Source of the DNA: Klebsiella phage K64-1
Reading direction: 5' to 3' (one strand)
Sequence record: AB897757.1
Length of the DNA stretch: 64,000 nt
In this document: positions 19,601 through 29,317 of the stretch, one piece after another
Layout: the number at the start of each line of letters is the position of its first letter
Position numbering within the stretch: position 1 is the first letter of the stretch
Notes under the pieces: model-generated
Seen by the model: the letters and a program-made list of their open reading frames with translations, nothing else
Database searches by the model: none
Told to the model about the DNA's origin: nothing
Position numbers and translations under genes: made by a program

Positions 19601-20145
19601 AATTAAAAAATGCAGATGTAAAAAACATTAGTACTAAAATTGAATACTTGCATAAGCGTAGAATTGAACTTGCATATGAAATTAGTACTAAAGCATATAA
19701 TTTAGTTAAAGGGTTATATGCCGAATATGAAAAAAATTTCAAATATAGTATTTTAAATACACTTCAATTCAAACCACAATCTTTTGATAGTTTTGAGAAA
19801 GATTTGTTTGGTGGTGGAGGATTCTATAGTACCAAAAAGAAAATTGTACTTGATGTAGTTAATCAGACCAATCCAGGTGTTACTAGGGTGATATTTGTTG
19901 ATGCTTTGTGGTTTAAAGTCAAATATACTATAACCAACGAAAAGGATGATGATTTTATTCATCGTGCTGATACAGTAGGTCAAATTTTTGTAGATCACAA
20001 TAAAGACTTTGATTTTTATAAAAAATTCCGTATTATTTCTGAATTGGGTGATATCGTATATGAAGATTCAGATTTATCCCGAATTACACGTTGGGAAAGA
20101 GAGATTGATAATATGGAATCAATTTTAGCGGATTACAATAAATGA
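19597..20145 (+). CDS. hypothetical protein
   Basis: ORF track; ATGA coupling. Confidence 0.4.
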   Translation: MKLKNADVKNISTKIEYLHKRRIELAYEISTKAYNLVKGLYAEYEKNFKYSILNTLQFKPQSFDSFEKDLFGGGGFYSTKKKIVLDVVNQTNPGVTRVIFVDALWFKVKYTITNEKDDDFIHRADTVGQIFVDHNKDFDFYKKFRIISELGDIVYEDSDLSRITRWEREIDNMESILADYNK

Positions 20146-20669
20146 TATATCATTTAACTGAAGAACAAAGTACTGAATACTTTAACAATTTAGAAGCGGT
20201 TCTGGACTATCATAAAAAAATTCATACAGATGCATGTAATATTTTAAATTCTTGGTATACTTTTTATAAATTGAATTTTAATAACCTACCGTGGTATATG
20301 AAATTTGGTGTTTTATCATATAAAAAGTTTTTAGCATCTATTGCTAACGATACTGGGTTAGAAATAAGAAATAAAATGTATCAATATGTAACACCACGCA
20401 ATATGTCTGGATGGGTTTATAAATTAAAAATTAATAAAATCCAAAAATTAACTGGTATTGATTTAAGTACCGAAAGTATAAATTTGGTAATTCATGCAAT
20501 GCATTTTGGTTTACAATATGATAGTATGTATGATTTGTATAGAACATTAGAAAAAATAAAAAAATATGGTTCAATTCCATATACTATTGATGAATATGAT
20601 TTGAAAATTTTTGAACATGTATCATTTTTAGTACAACATTATAATATAGAGAAATATAATGAAGCATAA
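20142..20669 (+). CDS. hypothetical protein
   Basis: ORF track; ATGA coupling. Confidence 0.4.
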   Translation: MIYHLTEEQSTEYFNNLEAVLDYHKKIHTDACNILNSWYTFYKLNFNNLPWYMKFGVLSYKKFLASIANDTGLEIRNKMYQYVTPRNMSGWVYKLKINKIQKLTGIDLSTESINLVIHAMHFGLQYDSMYDLYRTLEKIKKYGSIPYTIDEYDLKIFEHVSFLVQHYNIEKYNEA

Positions 20670-21129
20670 AACATGGTTAAATATTGCTAAAGCGGTTGCC
20701 GAGGAAAGTAAATGTATTTCACACAAAGTTGGTGCAGTAATTGTAAAGAATAACAGGATTCTCAGTACTGGGTATAATGGTACAAGTTCTGGAGCAGTTA
20801 ATTGTTGTGATGCGAATAGTCATTTAATTCATAATAATGAATTTCAAAATTGGGTATCAGATGAAGCTAAACATGAACATCATGAGTGGAGTAATATTCA
20901 TGAAATTCACGCAGAAATGAATGCTTTATTATATAGCTCTCCACAAGAACGACAGGGTGCAACTCTTTATAGTACAATGCAACCCTGCTATACCTGTTCT
21001 AAATTAATTGCAGGGAGTGGTATTACTAATGTAATTTATGAAAAAGAATACCCACGTACACCACCCGAAGCAATTGAAGTTTTAAAAGATGCTGGTATTA
21101 CAGTTAATAAATTATCAGATTTGGAATAA
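20659..21129 (+). CDS. cd: dCMP deaminase
   Basis: zinc motifs HAEMNAL and PCYTCSKLI; 156 aa. Confidence 0.8.
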   Translation: MKHKTWLNIAKAVAEESKCISHKVGAVIVKNNRILSTGYNGTSSGAVNCCDANSHLIHNNEFQNWVSDEAKHEHHEWSNIHEIHAEMNALLYSSPQERQGATLYSTMQPCYTCSKLIAGSGITNVIYEKEYPRTPPEAIEVLKDAGITVNKLSDLE

Positions 21130-21201
21130 TTATTTTAACATAATAAATGCACTTTTGGATTATATACAATTAGTATCTTTTGAGTTAAAATAATACAAAA
21201 A

Positions 21202-21230
21202 AGGAGAACTATAAAGTTCTCCTTAATTTT
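21202..21230. terminator. bidirectional terminator (aggagaac/gttctcct) between convergent cd and minus-strand gene
   Basis: 8-bp stem, loop tataaa, T-run on plus strand and A-run upstream. Confidence 0.55.
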
Positions 21231-21234
21231 TAAA

Positions 21235-21873
21235 TTATTCTACTGTGACTTCAACAGTATCAGTTTTGTTTCCATCATTGGTGGTTACAGTTATAGTTGC
21301 AGTACCAGCAGCTACATATGAAACTAGTCCAGTACTATCTACAGTACAAACACCCACTGCACTGGAAGACCATGTAACAGATTTATCGGTTGCATCCAAT
21401 GGTAGTACTGAAACGCTTAGTTGCTCGGTACCACCGACTGCACCAGTAAGAGTTTTTGGTGAAACAGTAACGCTTTCTACATGAACGACTGGTGGTTTTA
21501 CGTTAGTGCGTCTAAAGATAAATCCACCATTATCCAACTTGACTTTGTTGAGTTGGTAGAGTATACTGAATCCCTCGACACCGGTTTTTGGGTCAGATTC
21601 TTTGATACAAAAGGTATTTACTGCTAGTGAATCAGCAATATCTTCGTCAGCATCGGAATATTTTAGTGCTACCAGATTTGAATCGCGGTGAACTAGTCTA
21701 ATAAATGTATAAACAGTTCCATCTGTGGAAATCAAATCATACACATCAAAAGTTCTTTGTTTGTATACAAATAGGTCGCCAACATGAACTGTACCATTAA
21801 CATTTGCCGCAGTGACTTTCAATCCATCAACAACAAACGGATAATGGTTTTGTTTTGCGATAACACGTGCCAT
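21235..21873 (-). CDS. bacterial Ig-like (BIG2-type) domain protein; likely virion decoration or fibre protein
   Basis: C-terminal VTVSP..GGTEQL..V.P..AT...V.W.SS....TVD..G.V..VAAGTATITV pattern typical of Ig-like group 2; only minus-strand gene in the early block; TATAAAAG about 12 nt upstream. Confidence 0.55.
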   Translation of the reverse strand: MARVIAKQNHYPFVVDGLKVTAANVNGTVHVGDLFVYKQRTFDVYDLISTDGTVYTFIRLVHRDSNLVALKYSDADEDIADSLAVNTFCIKESDPKTGVEGFSILYQLNKVKLDNGGFIFRRTNVKPPVVHVESVTVSPKTLTGAVGGTEQLSVSVLPLDATDKSVTWSSSAVGVCTVDSTGLVSYVAAGTATITVTTNDGNKTDTVEVTVE

Positions 21874-21972
21874 TATTTTCTCCCTTTTATAAAAACTTGT
21901 AAACGTTATTAAATTTATGTTTATTATAAAATTTTATATAACCTTACTATTATTTACCAATTTAGAGGAAAT

Positions 21973-22569
21973 ATGTTTATTGTACTAAAAGAATTTTTAT
22001 ATAATACATTAATTGCTTTTTCACTTATTTTCCCATCACATGATATTCAACAGAATGTAACTGTAAACGATAGTAACGTGTTAATTTTTAATACTAAAAT
22101 AAACGACGAATCAGTACAAAGAGCGGAAACATTATATAAGAAATATAAGTACAAAACCATTTCTATTACCTCACCTGGAGGTGATGTGAATTCTGGTTTT
22201 GAATTAGCAGTCTTTGCTTCTGACCATAATATTAAAGTTAATGTACCGAAGTACTGTGCAAGTGCATGTACAGTTATATTTTTTGCTGCTGATAAACAAA
22301 ACAGAGTTATGGATAAAGATGCTATTATTGCTATTCATAATGTTTCGGTTGTGGCTAATAATGATATTTCTGGTAATGAAACCATATCTATCAATACTGC
22401 CATGGATTTAATGAAAGATACATCAGAAATTGTAGCAGCTATGTATAGTTTATATGCATATGTTGGTATTCCAGGTGAAATCCTGATGAGAACAAGCACT
22501 ATGCACGGAGCTGATTCTTATCAAATAACAAAAAAACAACTCCAAATGTGGGGCATTTTAGAAAAATAA
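21973..22569 (+). CDS. secreted ClpP/SppA-like serine protease homolog
   Basis: N-terminal hydrophobic segment; TSPGGDVNSG and CASACT motifs resemble the ClpP/S49 fold. Confidence 0.4.
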   Translation: MFIVLKEFLYNTLIAFSLIFPSHDIQQNVTVNDSNVLIFNTKINDESVQRAETLYKKYKYKTISITSPGGDVNSGFELAVFASDHNIKVNVPKYCASACTVIFFAADKQNRVMDKDAIIAIHNVSVVANNDISGNETISINTAMDLMKDTSEIVAAMYSLYAYVGIPGEILMRTSTMHGADSYQITKKQLQMWGILEK

Positions 22570-22572
22570 ATC

Positions 22573-22600
22573 TGTACAAGAATATCATTTGTGATATAAT
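22573..22600 (+). promoter_or_regulatory. promoter with extended -10 (tttgTGATATAAT), weak -35
   Basis: same TGTGATATAAT element as at 2713-2723. Confidence 0.4.
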
Positions 22601-22656
22601 AATTAAACAGAGAGTGATGTAGCTCTCTTTTATATAGCTTAGGGAGTACTAAGACA

Positions 22657-23721
22657 ATGAAAGAAAAAGTTTATGTATATATTGGACGTTTCCAAATTCC
22701 ACATATTGGTCATGAAGAAGTCCTCAAACATGCGATCAAAATTGCAGATCGTGTTATCATTCAGGTCGGTTCAAGTGAACTGGCTCGTGATCCAAAAAAT
22801 CCATTCACGTTTGAAGAACGTAAGTCAGTACTAGAAGAAATTACAAAACGTGTAGCTCAAGATGAATGGAATAAAGGTCGAACTGTTAAAATCGATATTA
22901 TGCCATTACATGATTATGTATATGATAATAATGCATGGCTAAAAGAAGTACAGGATAATGTTAAAACATGTACTTCAAGTAATGATATTACTATTACCGG
23001 TTGTCGTAAAAATGGTGATACTAGTACTGAATATCTTAACTATTTTCCTCAATGGAAAAATGACTTCATTAACGAAGTACAAAGTAATGCAAAGGGTACT
23101 ATTAGTAGTACTGAACTACGCGAAGCTTTCTTTGTCTCTGGTAAAGTTCCAACTGAATTTGTTTCAAAAGAAACAACAGAATTTCTAGAAAATTTTGTCA
23201 GTACTAAACCGGATGTATTCGATAATCTTATTAAAGAATATGAATTCATTAATCGTTATATTGAACAAATGAAAGAAGCACTACCTTATGATATTCCATT
23301 TTTAACAGCAGATAACATCGTCGTCAGTTGTGGTCACGTTCTTCTTATTCGTAGAAGAACATATCCAGGAAAAGGATTATTAGCTATGCCGGGTGGATAT
23401 TTTCAATGTTGGGATGATAAAGACCAGATTGATACTGCAATTCGTGAATTAAAAGAAGAAACTAAAATCGATGTACCTGAAAAAGTGCTTCGTGGTAATA
23501 TTGTTAGTGCAACAGACTTTACTGACATGAATAGAAGTCTTCGCTGGCGAATTCTAACTAAAGCTGTTCATATTCAATTACCTGACGTCACTCTACCTAA
23601 AGTTAAAGGAAGTGATGATGCAGAAAAAGCTCAGTGGATTCCACTAAGCGATGTAGAAAAATATCGTGATCAGTTCTTTGAGGACCATTATTCTATTTTG
23701 GCTTCAGTACTGAAACTATAA
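22657..23721 (+). CDS. natV: bifunctional NMN adenylyltransferase / Nudix ADP-ribose pyrophosphatase (NatV/NadM-Nudix type)
   Basis: N-terminal GRFQIPHIGH nucleotidyltransferase motif; C-terminal Nudix box GGYFQ...IRELKEETKID. Confidence 0.8.
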   Translation: MKEKVYVYIGRFQIPHIGHEEVLKHAIKIADRVIIQVGSSELARDPKNPFTFEERKSVLEEITKRVAQDEWNKGRTVKIDIMPLHDYVYDNNAWLKEVQDNVKTCTSSNDITITGCRKNGDTSTEYLNYFPQWKNDFINEVQSNAKGTISSTELREAFFVSGKVPTEFVSKETTEFLENFVSTKPDVFDNLIKEYEFINRYIEQMKEALPYDIPFLTADNIVVSCGHVLLIRRRTYPGKGLLAMPGGYFQCWDDKDQIDTAIRELKEETKIDVPEKVLRGNIVSATDFTDMNRSLRWRILTKAVHIQLPDVTLPKVKGSDDAEKAQWIPLSDVEKYRDQFFEDHYSILASVLKL

Positions 23722-23796
23722 AGAATTATTACACAGAGTAATAATAAATCAGAGAACGTAGTAGTTCTCTAACTTAAACTAAGGGAGTCTTAGAAA

Positions 23797-25269
23797 ATGA
23801 AAAACGTAAATCCAAATGTAAACTTTATTTTAAACTGCGACAGCTATAAGATTCAACACAGAAAAATGCTCAAAAAGCATGTTGATGGTTATTACAGTAC
23901 TATTGTACCTCGTAAAAGCTCTCCACATAGCAACCATGTAGTTGTGGCTGGTTTGCAATACACAATTAATACCTATATCAATATTCAGATTACCAAAGAA
24001 GATGTTGATGAAGCTGAAATTGAAATTCGTGAACAAGGTTCACGTTTTGATAGAACTATTTGGGATAAAATCGTCAATGAGTTTGGTGGTAAAGTTCCAG
24101 TAAAAATTAGTGCTATTAAAGAAGGTACAGTTGTTCCAGTTCAATCAGTAGTTTGTGTTGTTGAAGCTAAAGATGAGTTTGCATTTTTGGCTAGTTATAT
24201 TGAAACTTGTATTCAACGTGGTGTATGGTATAGCAGTACTGTAGCATCTGAATGTCGTGCAATGAAAAAAATTCTTGCTGATGTAATGCAACGTCATGCT
24301 GGTCATAAGAATGTAGATTATCATTTCCACAACTTTGGAGATCGTAGTGCAACTTGTTTTGAACATGCATATGTAGCTGGTATGGCACATGCAATTATGT
24401 TCAATGGTTCGGATAGTTTAACTTCAAATCGTTATATTAAAGCTCACTATAATACTACCAAAGCGTATCTGAGTTCAGTTGACGCTACTGAACATAGCGT
24501 TATGTGCAGTAATAGTGATGCTGAACATCGCAATGATTATGGTGCAGCAGTAATGGCGGTAGATCATTGGGAAGAACAAGTTACAATGTGGGAAGAAGAT
24601 GGATTAGGTGTACCAGTAACTTCATGTGTTATTGATACTTATAATGATTATCGCTTTGTCCGTGACTTTATCGGTACTAAATTAAAAGACCGTATTGTTG
24701 AAATTGGCAAACGAGGTGGTCGCTTTGTTCTTCGTCCTGATTCACGAATTCCTAAAGAAATTTGTATTGATGTAATCGAAATTCTAATGGAAAAGTTTGG
24801 TTATACTATTAACGAACATGGTTACAAAGTACTACCACCATATATTGGAGTAATTCAAGGTGATGGTGTTAATTTCGATAGTATTCATGAAATTCTAGAT
24901 ATTCTTGATGAAAAGAAATTATCCCTTGAAAACATTGTATTTGGTTGTGGTACCAAATTGGTTAACCCTGAACGTGGTCGTGATCTTTATAGTTGGTCAA
25001 TGAAAGGTACTGCACAACATGTCGAAGATGAACGTGAATGGCAAGACCTATTCAAAGATCCAGCAGGTGAACCAGGCAAACGTTCACATAAAGGGCGTGT
25101 AGTAACCTGGAAATGTAAAGTATCTGGTAAGATTTTTGTTGATCGTGATGATCTTGATAAAATTAATCATTTCATTGAAAATCTACTTGTACCAATGTAT
25201 GACTGCGGTAAAATTATGAATTTCAGTACTTTTGATGAAGTTCGTGAGCGTGCTAACGCAGGTATCTAA
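23797..25269 (+). CDS. nadV: nicotinamide phosphoribosyltransferase (Nampt/NadV)
   Basis: 490-aa NAPRTase-family protein; size, position next to NMNAT and overall similarity to T4-like phage NadV. Confidence 0.75.
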   Translation: MKNVNPNVNFILNCDSYKIQHRKMLKKHVDGYYSTIVPRKSSPHSNHVVVAGLQYTINTYINIQITKEDVDEAEIEIREQGSRFDRTIWDKIVNEFGGKVPVKISAIKEGTVVPVQSVVCVVEAKDEFAFLASYIETCIQRGVWYSSTVASECRAMKKILADVMQRHAGHKNVDYHFHNFGDRSATCFEHAYVAGMAHAIMFNGSDSLTSNRYIKAHYNTTKAYLSSVDATEHSVMCSNSDAEHRNDYGAAVMAVDHWEEQVTMWEEDGLGVPVTSCVIDTYNDYRFVRDFIGTKLKDRIVEIGKRGGRFVLRPDSRIPKEICIDVIEILMEKFGYTINEHGYKVLPPYIGVIQGDGVNFDSIHEILDILDEKKLSLENIVFGCGTKLVNPERGRDLYSWSMKGTAQHVEDEREWQDLFKDPAGEPGKRSHKGRVVTWKCKVSGKIFVDRDDLDKINHFIENLLVPMYDCGKIMNFSTFDEVRERANAGI

Positions 25270-25277
25270 TATATTTT

Positions 25278-25307
25278 GGAGAGTCATTATGGCTCTCCAT
25301 TCTTTTT
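25278..25307 (+). terminator. terminator hairpin after nadV (ggagag/ctctcc plus T5)
   Basis: 6-bp stem, 9-nt loop, T-run 25303-25307. Confidence 0.45.
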
Positions 25308-25332
25308 AATTAAAGTAATAAAGGTATATAAT

Positions 25333-25509
25333 GTGCTTATTGGTTTTAAAATAGTTATTATCTTCTTTATATGGTTTATTACATATCAAATAATTGAAGA
25401 AATCAGTACTAAATTCTCTTCAAATAATTTCTTAGTAGACGTTTGTTTATTATCCATTGCGGTACTGGGATTTTTGATCATACCGGTTATATTTTCATAT
25501 TTTATATGA
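25333..25509 (+). CDS. small membrane protein (start uncertain, GTG 25333 assumed)
   Basis: ORF 25276..25509, but the first codons lie inside the nadV terminator hairpin. Confidence 0.25.
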   Translation: MLIGFKIVIIFFIWFITYQIIEEISTKFSSNNFLVDVCLLSIAVLGFLIIPVIFSYFI

Positions 25510-25515
25510 AAAATG

Positions 25516-25544
25516 TTGACATTTTTTTCTTCATAAGATATAGT
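25516..25544 (+). promoter_or_regulatory. sigma70-like promoter TTGACA-17-TATAGT
   Basis: ttgaca 25516-25521, tatagt 25539-25544. Confidence 0.5.
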
Positions 25545-25577
25545 ATAGATATTAACAATTAATAACGGATATCAAAA

Positions 25578-25844
25578 ATGTTCCAACATCTTTTGGATTT
25601 TTTCTGTACTGTAAACATTGAAAAACAAGCTAAGTTCATTATTGTAGAACTGGTCTGGTTTTACTTAGGTGGCCTGGTAATTACACTGTGTGCATTTTTA
25701 CATAGTGATATTAATCTTGGTATTTCCTATGCAAAAAGTGAGAATAAACCATCATTACTACTCAAGTTTATTAGATGTTTATTGTACTTAGCGTATATCT
25801 TATATATTGTTGGATTTTTTGGTGTATATTATGTAATTCATTAG
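25578..25844 (+). CDS. small membrane protein
   Basis: hydrophobic 88-aa ORF. Confidence 0.35.
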   Translation: MFQHLLDFFCTVNIEKQAKFIIVELVWFYLGGLVITLCAFLHSDINLGISYAKSENKPSLLLKFIRCLLYLAYILYIVGFFGVYYVIH

Positions 25845-25854
25845 GAATTAATCG

Positions 25855-26592
25855 ATGATTAGTACTAAATTCATTAAAAAAGCTGGTGATAAAAGATTAC
25901 TAATCATTTCTGGAAATGGATTGTCAATGGATAGTGGTTTTGACTTATATGACATTCCTGATAATTTTCAGATAAATGATGTATGTAATATTGCCAGTTT
26001 AGGTACAAAATATCACGTAGTTCATTCTTATTATAATACTCTTAGAGTTAAATTAAAAGATATTGAACCAAACGAAATGCATTACTATATTAAATCATTA
26101 CAAGATGAGTATGGTGATAACTTTTTACACATGACCAGTAATGTAGATGATTTATATACAAGAATTGGTGGCACTGAATTAAAATTACATGGTAATATTA
26201 AAGAGGTTATAGAAAACTACACCGCTGATGGTTCTGAAATAGAAATAAAAGAATTAGGTTATGAACCATATATTCCATGTAGTGGTATTTTTTCTAAACC
26301 AGGTGTTACATTAATTGGTGAGTTCCATAGTTATTTTTATGGATATAAAATCCCAATTTATGAAGAACGAAATGAAATACTAAAATCATTAAATGAAAAT
26401 GATACTGTAGTAGTAATTGGAAGTTCTGATTCAGTACTGAAATGGAGCCATTTAATAAATGAGAAATGTTACACAGTACTAATCAATATAAGAAAAAATG
26501 AAAACGATCATCGTTTCAATGAACGAATTTATAAATCTTGTTCCAAATCTGTATTAGATTTATCTGGAATAATTTCAAAAAGGATGGTATAG
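25855..26592 (+). CDS. Sir2-like (sirtuin fold) protein lacking the Zn ribbon
   Basis: LIISGNGLSMDSGF (compare GAGIS.ESGIP), NVDDLYTRIGGTELKLHGN (compare N.D.LH.RAG...ELHG), VVVIGSSDSV (compare IGTSL.V); no CxxC pairs. Confidence 0.55.
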   Translation: MISTKFIKKAGDKRLLIISGNGLSMDSGFDLYDIPDNFQINDVCNIASLGTKYHVVHSYYNTLRVKLKDIEPNEMHYYIKSLQDEYGDNFLHMTSNVDDLYTRIGGTELKLHGNIKEVIENYTADGSEIEIKELGYEPYIPCSGIFSKPGVTLIGEFHSYFYGYKIPIYEERNEILKSLNENDTVVVIGSSDSVLKWSHLINEKCYTVLINIRKNENDHRFNERIYKSCSKSVLDLSGIISKRMV

Positions 26593-27146
26593 TGGAAAAA
26601 ATTGATTTCGGTACAAGAAGTACCAGAGCCGATTTTGCTTTTTGTTGGATTTTTGCCCGAGATTGTACTCCATACTCTGGATATGATGATCAACTTGGAA
26701 TTGATAAAGTAAATTTAGTACTAGCACAATTACGTTTTGATGGTTGCATTGGGGCGTGTGGTGGTATGGTGGAAAGTGATGATAATTCATTAGAAGAAGC
26801 TGTACAGCGTGAAGTACTGGAAGAAATTGGTTATACTGTTGATTTAACACATTTAAAACCACTTCTAAGCTTGCGTTTACCATCAGGCAGCCATTGCCAT
26901 AGCTATAGTTATGAAGTTGATTACAATGAATTACAAAGCATTAGAGATGGTGCTTATAGAGGAATACATTTCAATCCAGAATGTGCTGGTGTGAATCTTT
27001 TACATATTTCAAGATACACAAAAGGTTATGGAAACGAATGTGGATATAATGTATTATTAGAACAACACTGGAGTGGTACATCAAAAGAAGAATTTATGTA
27101 CCTTGTAGAGACAGAAAATCTATTAATTAGTTATTTGAAGGAATGA
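26538..27146 (+). CDS. Nudix hydrolase (true start may be GTG 26592 overlapping the upstream TAG)
   Basis: Nudix box GGMVESDDNSLEEAVQREVLEEIGY; ORF-track start at 26538 is TTG. Confidence 0.6.
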   Translation: MFQICIRFIWNNFKKDGIVEKIDFGTRSTRADFAFCWIFARDCTPYSGYDDQLGIDKVNLVLAQLRFDGCIGACGGMVESDDNSLEEAVQREVLEEIGYTVDLTHLKPLLSLRLPSGSHCHSYSYEVDYNELQSIRDGAYRGIHFNPECAGVNLLHISRYTKGYGNECGYNVLLEQHWSGTSKEEFMYLVETENLLISYLKE

Positions 27147-27478
27147 TAATGGGATACCAGTTATTTTTAGATGATATTCGTTACCCATCAAAATATTATA
27201 GTACTGAAATGGTACTATGTAGATCTTATGATGAAGCTGTCAAATATGTAGAAGAACATGGAATTCCAGAATTTATCAGTTTTGACCATGACCTTGGAGA
27301 TACTTCTGATAATGAAAAAACTGGTTATTCATTTGCTAAATTTTTGATTGATTATATGATTGATAATGGCATCAGTAATGAATTCAAATATAATATTCAT
27401 AGCTCAAATCCAGTAGGTGCAGATAATATCGATTCTTATCTAAAAGCTGGTTTTAAATATCTAAGAGAAAATATGTAA
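27143..27478 (+). CDS. hypothetical protein (LFLDDIRYP ... ISFDHDLGD motif)
   Basis: ORF track; ATGA coupling. Confidence 0.4.
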   Translation: MIMGYQLFLDDIRYPSKYYSTEMVLCRSYDEAVKYVEEHGIPEFISFDHDLGDTSDNEKTGYSFAKFLIDYMIDNGISNEFKYNIHSSNPVGADNIDSYLKAGFKYLRENM

Positions 27479-27795
27479 TGAAGATTGGTAATCATATTTT
27501 TGCATGTTTTATTAGTATATGTATCTGTTCGGTTGTTGCTGGATTGTGGTATAATTCAATGAGGTACGAAAAACACAATATTAGATATAATTCAGTTAAA
27601 GTTGTTGGTATTGGTCAATGTTCTAATAAAAGTTCGAGTACCGAGTGTTCTTTTTGGTACGAAGATGGAAATTCTACCCAATTTGCAATTTCAGATAATC
27701 CAGTTTCAATTGGTCAAATTGTTTATCAAATGTGCTGGACAGAAAAGGCTCGTGGTGATAGATGTTATGTAAATTACCAAACGAGTAAGCAGTAA
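27478..27795 (+). CDS. small membrane or secreted protein
   Basis: N-terminal hydrophobic helix, several Cys. Confidence 0.4.
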   Translation: MKIGNHIFACFISICICSVVAGLWYNSMRYEKHNIRYNSVKVVGIGQCSNKSSSTECSFWYEDGNSTQFAISDNPVSIGQIVYQMCWTEKARGDRCYVNYQTSKQ

Positions 27796-27872
27796 AAAAG
27801 TTGTATTTTAGCAGTTCTAAATACATATGAGAACAACATAATATTCTCCCCAACTAAGATAAGGAATATCTT

Positions 27873-29312
27873 ATGAAAAAATATACTATTGACACTAACG
27901 TAGTACTTTCTGATCCAAATGCAATCACTGCGTTTGATGGTACATCTGTTATTCTTCCATTTAAAGTACTAGAAGAACTAGATTCTATTAAAAGTCGCAA
28001 TGTTGACGTATCTCGTGATGCACGTTTTGCAATCCGAAATATTGATGCAATTCTAGCTGATGCAACTTATGAAGAGATTAGAAATACTGGTGTTGATATT
28101 TCAAAAGTACATACGAATATGAGTGCTTCCAGTAAATTATTTGTAATTACCGATGAAGAAGCAGAAGCTTTAATTCGTACACAAGATAAAGAAGAAAAAT
28201 TAGTCACTCTTCTAAAAAGTACAGTTCCTGATGATAAAATCATTTTAGTAGCACTAGCAACTGATTCAGTACTAGTTACAAAAGATATCAATATGCGTCT
28301 AAAAGCACTATCTTATGGTGTTGAGGTTCAAGATTATCGTCATGATGTAGTACTAGAAGATAGTGATCTTATTCATGTCGGTCAACATCATCTTGACATT
28401 GATTTTTGGGAAATGTTTAAAGATATTCCTGATGCAGAAATTAAATCCAATCAAATTGGTAGAAAATTGTATCACTATATCAGTACTGAACTATTAAAAG
28501 ATTCGTTACCAACAAATATGTATATTGGTGATTATTTGTATGATAATTCTGATGTATTGTTTGTATATGATGGTATTGTTGAGCTTGATGATTCAGAAGG
28601 TAATGCAATTGAAGGTGAGTTTTTTGTATTTCAAGATGTAGGACAATCGGTTGCTTTACGTGCTAAAGTTTGGGATATTAAATCAAAAAATATCCAACAA
28701 TCATTAGCAATTAATAGTATTCTCGATCCTGACGTACATCTTACTGTACTTCTTGGTTCTGCTGGTACTGGTAAAACACTAATTACAATTGCAAGTGCAC
28801 TTGAATTAGTACTAGAGAAGAAAAAATATTCTCGTATTATTTTCTCAAAAACTCAAGATTCACAGTTTGAAGATATTGGTTTCCTACCAGGATCAGAAAG
28901 TGAAAAAGTAATTCCTTTCTGTGGTGCAGCAATTGATGCATTAGAGTTTTTACATCGTGATGACCGCGATCCACAAGGTAGTATTGAAGAAATTATGAAA
29001 CGTAATGTTATTCAATTTAAAGCATTGAACTTCGTTCGTGGTCGTAGTTTCACTGATACAATTCTTGTTATCGACGAATTCCAAAATATTTCACCCGCAC
29101 AAGCGAAGACAATCTTGACACGTGCTGGACAAAACTGTAAAGTAATCATTATGGGAAACCTATCACAAATTGATAATAAATTTATTAGTGCAGTGAATAG
29201 TGGTTTAACATATGTTACTGAAAAATTTAAAGATTGGTCCGGTTGTCGTATCATCGAGTTAGAAGGTGTTGTGCGTTCACCATTAGCCGAATTTGCTGAG
29301 AAAAATATGTAA
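27873..29312 (+). CDS. phoH: PhoH-like ATPase with N-terminal PIN domain
   Basis: PIN acidic residues (IDTNVVLSD ... EELD); Walker A LLGSAGTGKT; Walker B ILVIDEFQN. Confidence 0.8.
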   Translation: MKKYTIDTNVVLSDPNAITAFDGTSVILPFKVLEELDSIKSRNVDVSRDARFAIRNIDAILADATYEEIRNTGVDISKVHTNMSASSKLFVITDEEAEALIRTQDKEEKLVTLLKSTVPDDKIILVALATDSVLVTKDINMRLKALSYGVEVQDYRHDVVLEDSDLIHVGQHHLDIDFWEMFKDIPDAEIKSNQIGRKLYHYISTELLKDSLPTNMYIGDYLYDNSDVLFVYDGIVELDDSEGNAIEGEFFVFQDVGQSVALRAKVWDIKSKNIQQSLAINSILDPDVHLTVLLGSAGTGKTLITIASALELVLEKKKYSRIIFSKTQDSQFEDIGFLPGSESEKVIPFCGAAIDALEFLHRDDRDPQGSIEEIMKRNVIQFKALNFVRGRSFTDTILVIDEFQNISPAQAKTILTRAGQNCKVIIMGNLSQIDNKFISAVNSGLTYVTEKFKDWSGCRIIELEGVVRSPLAEFAEKNM

Positions 29313-29317
29313 TAATA

